Shown here: positions 48,037 through 59,055 of the stretch, in pieces
How the letters are laid out: every line of letters begins with the position of its first letter
Position numbering within the stretch: position 1 is the stretch's first letter
From: Isosphaeraceae bacterium
GTDB lineage: Bacteria; Planctomycetota; Planctomycetia; Isosphaerales; Isosphaeraceae
Length of the DNA: 64,000 nucleotides
NCBI GenBank assembly: GCA_965201075.1
Contig: CBDAVP010000016.1
Coordinates: 62,001 to 126,000, forward strand
Direction: 5' to 3'
The notes under the pieces: generated by a model
Database searches by the model: none
The model's input: the letters and a program-made list of their open reading frames with translations, nothing else
What the model was told of the DNA's origin: nothing
Position numbers and translations under genes: made by a program

Positions 48037-50850
48037 ATGCCGTTGCGTCCCCGGTTGACCCTCGCCCTGGCCCTCCTGACGGGTCTCACTCTCCCCGCCC
48101 TGGCCGACCAGCCGCCGACGCAGCCGCGGGCGCCCGACCTGCCGATCGAGTCGTATCGCCTGCCCAACGGCCTCAAGGTCGTTCTGAGCCGCGATGCGAC
48201 GGTCCCGCGAGTGGTCGTCGCCGTCGCCTTCCACGTCGGCTCCAAGGATGAGCGCTCGGGACGCACCGGGTTCGCCCACTTCTTCGAACACATGATGTTC
48301 CGCGGGACCAAGAACGTCCCCAACTACGACATCCCCCTCCAGGAAGCCGGCGCCCAGACCAACGCGTTCACCTCCGAGGACATGACGGTTTACTTCGAGA
48401 CGGTCCCCGAGAACTACCTGGAACGCGCCCTCTACATGGAGGCCGAGCGGCTGGCGTTCCTCCCTTCGGCGCTGGACCAGGAGAAGTTCGCCACCGAGCG
48501 AGAGGTGGTCAAGAACGAACGCCGGCAAAGCGTCGAGAACGTCCCCTATGGCCTGGCCAGCGAGACCTTGCAGGCCAAGGTCTTCCCCGACGGGCATCCC
48601 TATTCGTGGTCGGTCATCGGGTCGATGAAGGACCTGGACGCCTCGACGACCGACGACCTGAAAACGTTCTTCGGCGAGTTCTATCATCCGGGCAACGCCA
48701 CGCTCTGCCTCGTCGGCGACTTCGCTCCGGAAGAGACCAAGGCGTGGATCGCCCGGTACTTCGGTCCGCTGGCCGCCGGCCCGGCGCGTAAGGCCGTTTT
48801 GGTGCCGCCGGCGCCGGCCGTGCACTTGCGGGTCGACCAGGCCGACGACGTGCGGTTGCCTCGGGTCTACTGGGCCTGGCCGACCGTGGCCGATGACCAC
48901 CCCGACGCCCCCGCGCTCGACCTGCTGGCCGACGTCCTGGCCGGCGGCGACGCCTCCCGGCTGCACAAGGCGCTGGTCCTCGACGCCAGGGCCGCCACCG
49001 AGGTTTCGGCCGATAGCGACACCAAGGAGGCCGCCGGCCTCTTCAGCGTCGACGCCACCGTGGCCGAGGGAAAAACCACGGCCGAGGTGGAAATGCTCCT
49101 CCAGCAAGAGTTCGACCGCCTGCGGACCTCGCCCCCCAACGCCGAGGAACTGGCCCGGGCCCTCGCCCTGTTCGAGAAGGCGAACTACTCGGCCCTGACC
49201 CCGCCGCTGGGACGCGCCCTGGTGCTGGCCATCGGGTTCTCACAGAAGGATGACCCGGGCTATTACCGCAAGGACTTCGCCCGCTACCTGGCCGTGACCC
49301 CCGCCGACCTCGCCCGAGTGGCGAAGGCTTACCTGGTGCCCGGAAAGGTCGTGCTGGAGATCCGCCCGGCGAAACCCGGTGAGGAGGAGTCGGCCGCCTC
49401 GCCCACCGGTCCCAAACCCCGCCCCGACGACAACGCCAGCCGAGCCCCGGCCCGAGAGCCCCAGGCCGGCCCGGACTGGAAGACACTACCGGCCGCCGCG
49501 CCCCTGCGGGCGTTCCAGCCGCCGAGGATCACTCGCCGCGTTCTGTCCAACGGCCTGACCGTCTGGGCCGCCCCCTGGAAGACATTGCCCCTGGTCAGCG
49601 CCCGCTTGCTGATCCCCGCCGGCACCGCCGACGACCCCGAGGGCAAGTCCGGCCTTGCCCACCTGACCGCCTCCCTGATCGACCAGGGAACGGCCGACCT
49701 CACCGCGACCGAACTGGCCGAGCGGTTCGAGGAACTGGGCGCCTCCCCCTCGGTGGGCGTCGACCCCGACACCACCACCGTCGCCTTCAGCACCGTGGCC
49801 CGGAACCTCGACGCGACGCTCGGCCTCGTCGGCAAGATGCTCGCTGCTCCCCGGCTGGATGAGGCGGACACCACCCGCGAACGCGAGCTTCAACTGAGCG
49901 ACCTGCTGCAAGGCCCCGACAACCCCTCCTGGATCGCCCGCCGGGCCTTCCGCGCCCTGCTCTTTGGCCACGACAACCCCTATGGCAATCCCGATGAAGG
50001 GGACGTGGCCACCGTGAAGGGGCTGACCGCCGAGGACGTCCACGCCTTCCACCGAAAAACCATCGCGCCGGCCGGCTCGACCCTCATCGTCGTCGGCGAC
50101 ATCGACGTGGACACGCTCATCCCATCACTGGAAAAGGCGCTGGGTGGCTGGAAGACCCCGGCCGACCGCCCATCCCGTCGCAAAGGGCCAACCCCGGCCC
50201 CCGCTCCCAGGGTCGTCCATCTGGTCGACAAGCCCGGCGCGGTGCAGAGCGTGCTGTCGGTGGGACGGCTGTGGGTTGATCGCGACGACCCTCGCTACTT
50301 CGCCGCGACGATCGGCAACCACGTCCTCGGGGCCGACTTCCTCAGCCGGTTGAACGATAACCTCCGGGTGCGCAATGGGTTCACTTACGGGATTGGCTCG
50401 GGGTTCAGCTTCCGGCAAGTGGGGTCGGTCTGGGGAGTGACCACTTCGGTCCGCGCCGACGCCACCGCCCCCGCGCTGGCCGAGGTTCTGGGCGAACTGG
50501 ACGCCCTGGCCGAGGCGGGTGGTCGTCCCTTGACGGCCGAGGAGATCGCCACCGCCCGGGAGGCCGAGGCCCGCGGGTTCCCCGAGATGTTCGAGTCGCC
50601 CGGCTCGATCGCGGGGCTGCTGGAGGAGATGGCCCGGCATCACCTTCCGGAAGATTACCCGGCGACTTACCTCGACAAACTGACCGCCGTCACCCCCGAA
50701 CAGGTGCGACAGGTGATGGCCGAGGTGGTCGCCCCGGCGTTGCGGACCGTGCTGGTGGTCGGCGATGCCAGGGCGGCGACTCCGGCGTTGAAAGCGCTGG
50801 ACCGGCTGGAGGTTGCGCCGACGACCCCCGACGGCCGTCCTGCTCGCTGA
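48037..50850 (+). CDS. M16 zinc metallopeptidase (pitrilysin/PqqL-like), secreted
   Basis: Signal peptide; inverzincin HFFEH with downstream E; second inactive half (GLAHLTA, SRL...LR...G.TY). Confidence 0.92.
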   Translation: MPLRPRLTLALALLTGLTLPALADQPPTQPRAPDLPIESYRLPNGLKVVLSRDATVPRVVVAVAFHVGSKDERSGRTGFAHFFEHMMFRGTKNVPNYDIPLQEAGAQTNAFTSEDMTVYFETVPENYLERALYMEAERLAFLPSALDQEKFATEREVVKNERRQSVENVPYGLASETLQAKVFPDGHPYSWSVIGSMKDLDASTTDDLKTFFGEFYHPGNATLCLVGDFAPEETKAWIARYFGPLAAGPARKAVLVPPAPAVHLRVDQADDVRLPRVYWAWPTVADDHPDAPALDLLADVLAGGDASRLHKALVLDARAATEVSADSDTKEAAGLFSVDATVAEGKTTAEVEMLLQQEFDRLRTSPPNAEELARALALFEKANYSALTPPLGRALVLAIGFSQKDDPGYYRKDFARYLAVTPADLARVAKAYLVPGKVVLEIRPAKPGEEESAASPTGPKPRPDDNASRAPAREPQAGPDWKTLPAAAPLRAFQPPRITRRVLSNGLTVWAAPWKTLPLVSARLLIPAGTADDPEGKSGLAHLTASLIDQGTADLTATELAERFEELGASPSVGVDPDTTTVAFSTVARNLDATLGLVGKMLAAPRLDEADTTRERELQLSDLLQGPDNPSWIARRAFRALLFGHDNPYGNPDEGDVATVKGLTAEDVHAFHRKTIAPAGSTLIVVGDIDVDTLIPSLEKALGGWKTPADRPSRRKGPTPAPAPRVVHLVDKPGAVQSVLSVGRLWVDRDDPRYFAATIGNHVLGADFLSRLNDNLRVRNGFTYGIGSGFSFRQVGSVWGVTTSVRADATAPALAEVLGELDALAEAGGRPLTAEEIATAREAEARGFPEMFESPGSIAGLLEEMARHHLPEDYPATYLDKLTAVTPEQVRQVMAEVVAPALRTVLVVGDARAATPALKALDRLEVAPTTPDGRPAR

Positions 50851-50890
50851 TCCCGAACGTCTCGATTTTGTGGATCTGGGGCGCCCGCGC

Positions 50891-52117
50891 TCAGGCCGGG
50901 CGTCCCGCGATCCGTCGCTCGGCGGCGCGGGCGAGGGTCCGCCCCACGGCGATCGACGGCAGCTCGACCCAGCGATAAGCCTCGGCCGAGACCGGCAGCA
51001 GCAGACCCGTGGTCCCGCAGAGAATCCACCAGAAGGGGACCAGGCCGCGCAGGGCGTGAGCCAGGCCGAGCAGCAGGACATAGTGGAAGAGATAGATGCT
51101 ATAGGAGATCCGGCCGAGGAATCGCGGAGCCGGGCGCCGCAGCCCCGCCGAGAGGACTGGAGACCCCAGCGCGGCGACCAGGAAGAGGACCGCTCCGAGG
51201 TCGGAACTGAGCACCGGTAGAGATAGCCCCAGTCGCAACCCGGCGACCCTCGTGGGCAACTGGTCGGCGTAGGAACAGAGCAGAAACGCCGAGAGGAGCA
51301 CTCCCGCCCATCCCAGTCGGCCCAGGGCCCGACTCCACCGTGGCAGGTCGGCCCGGTGCCGGGCCAGCAACGCCCCGAAGAGGAACAGGGGAATGTACTG
51401 GAGAGTCTGGAACGGCGCGAGCCTTACCAGCCACCCCGGCCAGGCCCGGGTCTCCAATAGCAGGCTCAGCAGGACGAGCCCCATCGATCCCACGATGACG
51501 ACGGACGTTCGCAGACGGAGGCAAACGGCCATCAAGAGGGGGAAAACGATCGAGATTCGCATTTCGTGGGCGAGGGTCCATGCCATCGGCAGGTAACGAT
51601 GGTCGGACGCGCCAATAAGGCCGAGGTGTTGCATCAGCGGACCCCATTCCACCGGGGCGACCCAGTTCCGGTTCAACTCCTTGTAGAGTTCAGGAATCGG
51701 GTCGCCGCCGACCAAGGGCCGGACGAGCACCGTGATCGCGATGGCGACGAGGTAGGGCGGGTAGATCCGACAGAAGCGGCGGATCAGGAACGGGCCGAAA
51801 TGGCCGGCCCGGCCTTCCCAGTAGGGCAGGGACAGGACGAACCCGCTGATGACGAAAAAGAGCATGACCGCGGGATAGCCATACCAAAGGCAACGCAGCG
51901 GTGAGTAAGCGACGCACGAGTGCCAGGAGCCGTCGAAGGTTTCGCCGGGCGCGGTAAAGAGCCAGGTGCCGAAGTAATGGCAGACCACGACGGTCAAGGC
52001 CGCCAGGCCACGGAGCGAGTCGAGTTCGTCGAAGTGGCGACGGGCTTGGGACGGCACCGCCCCCGCGGACGCTTCGGGCTCGACCCGAGGTCCTCGATCC
52101 TCCCGGACGGACGACAT
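50891..52117 (-). CDS. Acyltransferase-3 family (OafA-like) membrane O-acyltransferase
   Basis: LDSLRGLAA..VV.CH, FFVISGF, RRFCRIYP, WTLAHE and LGRISYSIYLFH. Confidence 0.9.
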   Translation of the reverse strand: MSSVREDRGPRVEPEASAGAVPSQARRHFDELDSLRGLAALTVVVCHYFGTWLFTAPGETFDGSWHSCVAYSPLRCLWYGYPAVMLFFVISGFVLSLPYWEGRAGHFGPFLIRRFCRIYPPYLVAIAITVLVRPLVGGDPIPELYKELNRNWVAPVEWGPLMQHLGLIGASDHRYLPMAWTLAHEMRISIVFPLLMAVCLRLRTSVVIVGSMGLVLLSLLLETRAWPGWLVRLAPFQTLQYIPLFLFGALLARHRADLPRWSRALGRLGWAGVLLSAFLLCSYADQLPTRVAGLRLGLSLPVLSSDLGAVLFLVAALGSPVLSAGLRRPAPRFLGRISYSIYLFHYVLLLGLAHALRGLVPFWWILCGTTGLLLPVSAEAYRWVELPSIAVGRTLARAAERRIAGRPA

Positions 52118-52409
52118 CCTGAACGCTCCAACGACGTTGACGGCGACGGCGCACCGGCTTGCCGGCCGACACGATGCCGCAACGCCCCGGGGCCCGGACT
52201 CGGGGGCCAGTTTACTCGGCGGAGGACGCCAGCGACAGGGAACGTCAGGCCCCTCGGGCCGTTTCGCCCTCGCTTCGATGGGGAAATCCACGGAATTGCC
52301 CATCCGCCAGGGGCCGAGGAACGCTATGCTCGCGGGGCCGGCGGCTGACGCCCGGCGACTCTCGCGCCCCGGCGTTCTCCCGGGCCTCCTTGTCTCCCGG
52401 AGCGATCGC

Positions 52410-55400
52410 ATGCGTCCTTCGCGCAAAGTCTGGCGATTCCTGGGGATCGGGCTGGCAGTCCTGGTCGTGGCCGGTCTCGTCGTCCGCCAATGGGTGGTGC
52501 CGGGGCTGATCGCCCGGGCGATTGACTCTCGCTACGCGGGCAAGGTCGTCGTGGGCGGCTGGTGGCTCGGGCGGACCTCGGGCGTGACCAATATCTCCTT
52601 GAGAGAAACGGAAGACCCCCGCTCCCCGGTCTGGGCGTCGGTGGCCGCGATCGAGACTGACCTGTCCCTGGGCGATCTCCTTTCCGGACGGGTCATGCCC
52701 CGGACGATCACCTTGCGGTCGCCGTCGCTGAGCTTCCGCCTCAATCGTGACGGGTCCCCGGCCACCAAGCTGCCGTTGAAGGGGGGGAAGGCGGGCGCCT
52801 CGGGAACCCCAGCGGCCTTGCCCAAGATCGTGGTCGATGACGCCACGCTGAAGATCGCCCAGGAGGGCCGCCCGGCGATGGTCGTCACCAAGGTCGCCGC
52901 GACCCTGGAGTCGGTCGCCGAGGGGGAAAAGCTCTCGGGAACCGCCGACGACCCCACCTGGGGCGACTGGACCCTGGCGGGCCAGTTCGACCCGGGATTT
53001 CAGAAAGGGAATTTGACGCTTTCGGGCAAGGGCGTTCAGGCCGACGCCCAGAAGGTGGTCAGTGTTCCGTTCATCCCCGCCGAGGTCTGGCAAAACCTCA
53101 TGCCGACGGGCCCGGCCGACCTGACCCTCGCATTGAAGATCGCGATGGGGACGCCCCAGCCGGTGGCCGTCCTCACCACGATTGACCTGAAACAAACGAC
53201 CGTCGACGTGAAGGGGTTGGGCTTGGTCGCCCACAACGCGACGGGTCGGGTGGTCGTCGACGGGGGCCACGTCAGCTTTCAGAACGTCACGGGCAAGTCC
53301 CTCGGCGGCCGGGTCACCGCGCCGGCCGGCACGATGGACTTCACCGTACCCAAGCCGGCGTTCGACCTGCGAATCGTCCTCAAGGGGATCGACGCCGCCA
53401 AAGCGCCGGCGAAGTGGAAACTCGCCGATGCGGGGTTTGAAGGGGGGACGCTGGATGGGCACGCGGAACTCAAGGTCGTCCTGGCCAACGGCGGCTTCGA
53501 CCTGACCGGCACCACCGGCGAGGCGACCGTTTCGGGGGCGACTCTTCAGGGAATCCCGGTGAAGTCGATCCGTCTGGACCTCAAGGCCGAAGGGGACGAA
53601 CCGGTTTACTCGGTCGATTCGCCGGGCTCCGCCTCGACCCATCCGGGGGGCCGGATCGCCGCGCCTTGGTCGGTCCTGCTGCTCGGGTTGCAGCCGCCGG
53701 CCCCTTCGCCGTCGCCCTCGCCGTCGCCCTCGCCGTCACCCTCGACGGCCGCCAAGCCCAAGGTTTCCGGGTCGATCCAGGTCAATCCCCCGGCGAAGGC
53801 GGGGGTGATCCGCCTGCCGAAGTCGATCACGACCCAGATCGAACTGGAGGCGGTGGATCTCAAGACCTTCGTGGACCGGGCGGCGCGGCTGGGGATTACC
53901 CTCCCAGTGCCGGTGGTGGGCAAGCTGTCGCTGAAGGCCACCGCCACGCTGCCACTGGGGGAGTTGCGGGACATCAGCCGGTACATCTTTCACGGCGACG
54001 CCATGTTGCAAGGGGCGTCGATCGACGGCGTGGACCTCGGCCAGCTACGGGCCAAACTCTCGCTGGACAAGGGGGTTCTGGAACTGACCGACTTCCGGGG
54101 CCACCTGGTCGACCTGCCCACCGGCGGGATCGGCGGCGCCCGGCCTCCCATGACCGCCGAGGTCCCCGAGCAGGGCCCCTTGCCGGCGGGGGCGTTCCGT
54201 GGTCAGTTGCGGGTGGAGGTCTCGCCCCCCGGCCGTCTTTCGGCGAAGTTCGAAGGAGTCGCGTTGCCGTTGGGGGAGCTGGCCGCCCCGCTCTACCCCC
54301 GGCCGACGCCGTTGGCCGGCGCGCTCGACCTTGACGTCCGCGCCGAGGCCGCCGTCGCGACGCTGAGCGACCCGGCGACCTGGGAGGCGTCGGGAAAGGT
54401 CCATAGCCAGCGAGTGACCTTCCAGGGGACGACCCTCGACGCCGCCTCGACGTCGTTCGCTCTCAAGGCGGGCCGTCTGCAATTGTCCGACCTCGCCGCC
54501 CGACTCCACGGCAAGCCCCTGGTCGGCCGGTTGTCGATGGCGGTCGCCGCTCCTTACCACTTCGACGCGGGGCTGGACGTGGATGACTGGGACATTTCCG
54601 ACGTCCTGACGTTGGTTCCGGGAGCCCCCTCGCCGCCGCCGGCCGATGGCGAGATTACCGCCAAGGCGCAGGCGTCCGGCACTCTCGTCCCTTTGGATCT
54701 GACCACGAGCGGCTCGGGCAAAGTGCGGCGACTCCAGGCCAGGGCCGTGCCGCTGGGCGACCTGCCGTTCACCTGGACAACCAACGGAGACACCATCGAC
54801 GTCAAGGTCGTCGACGCGACTCCCTTCGGCGGACGACTCGACGCCGAGGCGAAACTTCCGGCCAAGTCCGGGGGAGCGATCCGCGCGACGGCGAAGCTCA
54901 CCAAGGTCGACGCCGCCGAACTGGCCGACGCCCTGCCGGGGGGGAAGTTCAAGATGACCGGCCAGGCCGGCGGGACCCTCGACGTACTCGTCCCCGCGCA
55001 CTCGGGGTCGATCACCGAGTCGCTGGAGGCGAACCTGACCCTGGCCTCTCCCGACCTGACCTTCCAGGGGGTCGCGACTCGACACCTGACGGCGGTGTTG
55101 TGGGCCCGCAAGGGGGGCGTTCACTACGACGTCACCGCCGAGGGCCTGGGGGGAAAGTTCAAGGCGACGGGCAACCTTCCGCCGGTCGCCGACGGGGAGC
55201 CGGAGAAGCCCCGGCATCTCGACGGCGAGGTCCGAGTCGTGGGATTCGCCCTGGAGGGAATTTGGCCGGCGCTGGGGATGGCCGCGACGCTTGGGCCGTT
55301 GAGAGGCGAGGGGGCCTTCGACGCCAACATCCGTATCCCGGTGGCCGACCCAGGTTTATACGCTCGGGCGATCGCCGAGGCCCGCAACCTCCGCTGGCAT

Positions 55401-56504
55401 GACTCGCCGGTGGGGCACTTGCGAGCGACGATCGCCACGACTCCCACGTCGTTCCAGATCAACCCCCTGGAAGGGGAGTTGCTGGGCGGGTTTTTGCGGG
55501 GCGAACTGACGAGCGAAACGACCGCGACGCAAGGGCGGCGCTCGGGCTTCACGCTGAACCTCGACGAGTTCGACCTGTCGAGGTTGGCGCCGATGCTGCC
55601 GGGTGAGACGGGCCGCCACCTCAACGGGTTGGGGACCTTGCGCGGCCACGGATCGAGCGAGGGGGACGGGATTCGGGCCACGGCTCTCGCAGAGATTCCC
55701 CGGGGGCATGCCTTGGGGCTCGCCTTCCAGGAGTTACGCTTCCCCCTGACCCTCACCCTGCCGGCCGGGCCGGGGACCGGGACGTTGAAGTCGCACCGGT
55801 GGTCGGTCCGGGTCGCTGGCGGTCGGGCGGATGGGGAAGCCCGCGTCAACCTGGGGGAAGATCGGGCCTTCTCGGGAAGTCTCGCCATCAATCGGCTCGA
55901 TCTGGAGAGCCTCTCGCGGTCGCTGGCCGGTAGCCGCAAACCGCTTTCAGGCCGGGTCTCGGGGTCGGTCTCGGCCTCGGGACGCGACTATCTACGACGG
56001 AAAGGGTTGCGAGGACGGATTGACCTGGACCTCGACGATGCCTCGCTGTTCCAGATGCCGCTGTTCCGTGAAATGGGTAGGTTCCTGGGGTCGGCTCAGA
56101 ATGGCGTCTTCGAGGACGGCGACCTTCACGCCACCCTGGGCGACCGCGAGGCCTTCGTCGAACAATTCACGCTCCAGGGGCGAGTCGTTCAACTGCACGG
56201 CACGGGCACGGTGGGATACGACGAGTCGCTGAATATGGAACTGCTGGTCAACACCGCCCAGTTGATCCCCGAGACCGGCCAGGCCCTGATCAGGATCATC
56301 CCGGGGCTGGGGCAGATGGTGGGCCGCCGCGACCAGTCGGTGGCGGCGGTCGGCGGCTTCCTGTCCAACCGCCTGTTGAAGTTTCGCGTGACCGGCACCT
56401 TGAAGTCGCCGGTCATCAACGCCGACGCCACGGTGCTGGTCGGCGAGGCGGCCGTCGGCTTCTTTGGCGGCGTGCTCAAACTGCCGCTCAACCTGGTGCG
56501 CTGA
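52410..56504 (+). CDS. AsmA-like (bridge-like lipid transfer) protein, 1364 aa
   Basis: N-terminal TM anchor, long run of beta-groove-like repeats, C-terminal GTGTVGYDESLNM...FRVTGTLKSP typical of AsmA_2. Confidence 0.8.
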   Translation: MRPSRKVWRFLGIGLAVLVVAGLVVRQWVVPGLIARAIDSRYAGKVVVGGWWLGRTSGVTNISLRETEDPRSPVWASVAAIETDLSLGDLLSGRVMPRTITLRSPSLSFRLNRDGSPATKLPLKGGKAGASGTPAALPKIVVDDATLKIAQEGRPAMVVTKVAATLESVAEGEKLSGTADDPTWGDWTLAGQFDPGFQKGNLTLSGKGVQADAQKVVSVPFIPAEVWQNLMPTGPADLTLALKIAMGTPQPVAVLTTIDLKQTTVDVKGLGLVAHNATGRVVVDGGHVSFQNVTGKSLGGRVTAPAGTMDFTVPKPAFDLRIVLKGIDAAKAPAKWKLADAGFEGGTLDGHAELKVVLANGGFDLTGTTGEATVSGATLQGIPVKSIRLDLKAEGDEPVYSVDSPGSASTHPGGRIAAPWSVLLLGLQPPAPSPSPSPSPSPSPSTAAKPKVSGSIQVNPPAKAGVIRLPKSITTQIELEAVDLKTFVDRAARLGITLPVPVVGKLSLKATATLPLGELRDISRYIFHGDAMLQGASIDGVDLGQLRAKLSLDKGVLELTDFRGHLVDLPTGGIGGARPPMTAEVPEQGPLPAGAFRGQLRVEVSPPGRLSAKFEGVALPLGELAAPLYPRPTPLAGALDLDVRAEAAVATLSDPATWEASGKVHSQRVTFQGTTLDAASTSFALKAGRLQLSDLAARLHGKPLVGRLSMAVAAPYHFDAGLDVDDWDISDVLTLVPGAPSPPPADGEITAKAQASGTLVPLDLTTSGSGKVRRLQARAVPLGDLPFTWTTNGDTIDVKVVDATPFGGRLDAEAKLPAKSGGAIRATAKLTKVDAAELADALPGGKFKMTGQAGGTLDVLVPAHSGSITESLEANLTLASPDLTFQGVATRHLTAVLWARKGGVHYDVTAEGLGGKFKATGNLPPVADGEPEKPRHLDGEVRVVGFALEGIWPALGMAATLGPLRGEGAFDANIRIPVADPGLYARAIAEARNLRWHDSPVGHLRATIATTPTSFQINPLEGELLGGFLRGELTSETTATQGRRSGFTLNLDEFDLSRLAPMLPGETGRHLNGLGTLRGHGSSEGDGIRATALAEIPRGHALGLAFQELRFPLTLTLPAGPGTGTLKSHRWSVRVAGGRADGEARVNLGEDRAFSGSLAINRLDLESLSRSLAGSRKPLSGRVSGSVSASGRDYLRRKGLRGRIDLDLDDASLFQMPLFREMGRFLGSAQNGVFEDGDLHATLGDREAFVEQFTLQGRVVQLHGTGTVGYDESLNMELLVNTAQLIPETGQALIRIIPGLGQMVGRRDQSVAAVGGFLSNRLLKFRVTGTLKSPVINADATVLVGEAAVGFFGGVLKLPLNLVR
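53703..53744 (+). repeat. Coding tandem repeat encoding (PS)7
   Basis: CCTTCG-CCGTCG-CCCTCG... 6/12-bp period within the AsmA-like gene. Confidence 0.85.
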
Positions 56505-56519
56505 AGCAAGGCGGAAGGG

Positions 56520-57347
56520 TTAACGGCGGGCGGTCGCAGTGGGAGCGGTCTGGGCCATCTGGGGCCTGCCGTTCACGGCGTCGGGCCGGCGGGACAGGAT
56601 GACCAGGTCTCGGAGATTCACCCGGGAGGGCATCGGGACGTCCTGCTGAGCCATGCAAACGCCCGAGGCCCAGGTGGGGTATTGAACCACCAGGCGGGCC
56701 ATCAGCGACACGAAGAGCCCAGCTTCCTGCACCTGATCTTCGAGCAGCTTCTCCAGAAGCGGGCGAAGCGTCCGGGCGACCGCCTTCCAGCCTCGGGAGT
56801 CGATCTTGACGAACGCCTCGACGTCGTGGCGAATCCAGTAATCGCCCTTGGGCTCTCGGTAGTACTCGGAGCGAACCACCAGCACGATCCGACCCTTCAA
56901 GGTGGCGTTGCCCCGGGGACTGTTGTGCTCCAGGTTGGAAAACATCACATTGAGCCGGGGCGAGCGCAAGGCATATTCCCAGCTCGCCGTGGTTCCCGCT
57001 CCGTCGGTCCCCTCGTACCTGGTCGGACTAGCCTGGGAGAGTCGGGCCGGCGAGGCGGCCAAATCCTTCCACAGGGCCAGCGTGAGCATTGGTTCGTTCA
57101 TCAAGGATTGATAAAGCTTCGGTGGGCAGGGGAAAGTATCCGACGCTCCTCGATGGTGCAGGGTCGGTTCGGCGAGGACCTCGGAGATTGTTGAGCGAAG
57201 GGCGGGGTCCACGCTCTCCAGGGGGACGAGGCGCGGGGCCTGGATCTCCTTGGGACCGCCCAGGGCCCAGCCATTCAGGGTCAAAGCCAACGCCAGGGTC
57301 AACGCCGACGACGTCCACGCGCCCCGGCCGATCCTTCGGACGTTCAT
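56520..57347 (-). CDS. Hypothetical secreted protein
   Basis: SD GGAGG before GTG/ATG; signal peptide (ALTLALALTLNGWALG); globular composition. Confidence 0.75.
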   Translation of the reverse strand: MNVRRIGRGAWTSSALTLALALTLNGWALGGPKEIQAPRLVPLESVDPALRSTISEVLAEPTLHHRGASDTFPCPPKLYQSLMNEPMLTLALWKDLAASPARLSQASPTRYEGTDGAGTTASWEYALRSPRLNVMFSNLEHNSPRGNATLKGRIVLVVRSEYYREPKGDYWIRHDVEAFVKIDSRGWKAVARTLRPLLEKLLEDQVQEAGLFVSLMARLVVQYPTWASGVCMAQQDVPMPSRVNLRDLVILSRRPDAVNGRPQMAQTAPTATARR

Positions 57348-57637
57348 CACGGCAATCCTCCGACGCCCGGCTCGCTTTCCGAGGGCTCCGGCCGATCCTT
57401 GCCGGGGCCCCTCCTGGCACCTTCCCATGATCGGCCCAACGAGGCGTCCGCCTGGCGGAAGTGCCGGCATTTTCGGGGATTTTTACGGGCGATGGGAGAC
57501 TGGGCGGACATTTCGGGTAGGCGTGGTCCGCTGGTAAGGGTTGAGCTGAAAATCCGTTTAAATTCGTGTGGGAAGTTCATGAGGATGGGGCAGACCTTGT
57601 CGGCTGGGAGGGGCCATTGTCTTGAGCCAAATTGCTC

Positions 57638-57665
57638 TTGTCGGGGTGGCGGATCGGACTATTAT
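57638..57665 (+). promoter_or_regulatory. Candidate sigma70 promoter of the HEAT gene
   Basis: TTGTCG-N16-TATTAT, about 50 nt upstream of ATG 57717. Confidence 0.4.
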
Positions 57666-57716
57666 GCCCGGCCTTGCGACAGATCAACCGATTCCGAACG
57701 GCGCAGGGAGGCCAAC

Positions 57717-58874
57717 ATGACGGATCGGCGACGGCTGGGGACCTGGGCGTTGGGGGGCGTGGTGGTGCTGGGCGTGGCCGGAGGGCTTGTCTGGACGACA
57801 AAAACCGGGCGGGAAGCGGCTCGATCGGGCCGGTTGGTGGCGGTCGCGGGGGCCAAGACGGCTCGCGACTCGCGACTCGACCTGAAGGGGGTCGCGGCGA
57901 AACTGATGCCCAAGACCGACGCTCCGCCGGATTGCCTGACGGAGGCGGACGCGGCCGAGGCGAGCGAAGTGTTGACGAGGGTTCAGGAAGGGTACTCGCG
58001 GTTCTCGCCCGAGGAGCGCGTGGAGGCGATGGCCGTAGCCGGGCGATTGCTGACGCGAATGGGCGTCGACCCCGCCCCGCCCATCTGGGGTCAGACGCTG
58101 CGGCCGGTCGCCTCGATCCTGTTCGCCGGTCTGGCTGACACTCAGCCGCCGGTGAGGGTCGCGGCCCTGACGGAAATTGGCCGGGTCTGGTCATGGTTGC
58201 CGGGCCTGACGCCGACCTCGGGCGAGGAGCGGGCCATCGACGAATGGAAGCAGGGCTTTGTGACCCCGGCGGTCCGTGCCCTGGGCTCGCGAGACGTCCC
58301 CACCCGGGCCTCGGCGGTCGCCTGTCTGTCCCGCCTGCCGCTGGACGCCGCCGCCGGCACCGCCGCCGCGTATGTGGCCGACTCCGACCCGGCGGTCCGC
58401 CAGCAAGCCCTGATTGGGTTCGCCGCTCGCCGTGACCTGCTCGGCGAGGAGGCGATCCTTCCCCTCCTGCATGACACCAACCCCGCCGTCGCTTTCCTGG
58501 CGGCCCGGACGTTGAAGTCTCGTGGGCTGAGCGACGATCTTGTCAATCTGGGCCGGTTGGTCGCCCACCCGGTGCCGCTGTCGAGGGCCTCGGCGATCCC
58601 CCAGTTGTTGGAGCGGACCGACATCGACCCGGTCGTCTGGCTGACGTTCCTGTCGAGAGATCCGGCCGAATCGGTCCGTCTCCGAGCCGTCGAGGCTCTG
58701 GGAACGCGGACGACGCCCGAGGCCCATCAACGGCTGACCGAGGTCGCGCAGGGTGACGACTCGGGCGATGTCCGAGCCGCCGCGGCCCGGTTTGTTCCGC
58801 CCGCCCCGGCGGAGTCGACCGTCGCGCTGCCCCCCCTGCCCGGCTCGGCGGGATTGACCCCTCGGGCAAACTAA
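57717..58874 (+). CDS. Membrane-anchored HEAT-repeat protein
   Basis: SD GGAGG; N-terminal TM; repeats LADTQPPVRVAAL, VADSDPAVRQQAL and LSRDPAESVRLRAV. Confidence 0.82.
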   Translation: MTDRRRLGTWALGGVVVLGVAGGLVWTTKTGREAARSGRLVAVAGAKTARDSRLDLKGVAAKLMPKTDAPPDCLTEADAAEASEVLTRVQEGYSRFSPEERVEAMAVAGRLLTRMGVDPAPPIWGQTLRPVASILFAGLADTQPPVRVAALTEIGRVWSWLPGLTPTSGEERAIDEWKQGFVTPAVRALGSRDVPTRASAVACLSRLPLDAAAGTAAAYVADSDPAVRQQALIGFAARRDLLGEEAILPLLHDTNPAVAFLAARTLKSRGLSDDLVNLGRLVAHPVPLSRASAIPQLLERTDIDPVVWLTFLSRDPAESVRLRAVEALGTRTTPEAHQRLTEVAQGDDSGDVRAAAARFVPPAPAESTVALPPLPGSAGLTPRAN

Positions 58875-59055
58875 CGCACAACCCGATCAGGATTGGGCGG
58901 CCCAGTCCGCCCGGTCCCTTGATGACGGAAGGCCCCACTGTGCCAGGATGGCGCGGTGGGGCCTTTCGTCGGTTGGGTGCCCGAGCGAACGCTCCATCAA
59001 TGGCTCACGACGTGGGGCGAGCCGGGGGGAAGGTTCCGTGTCGGAGACGGGAAAC

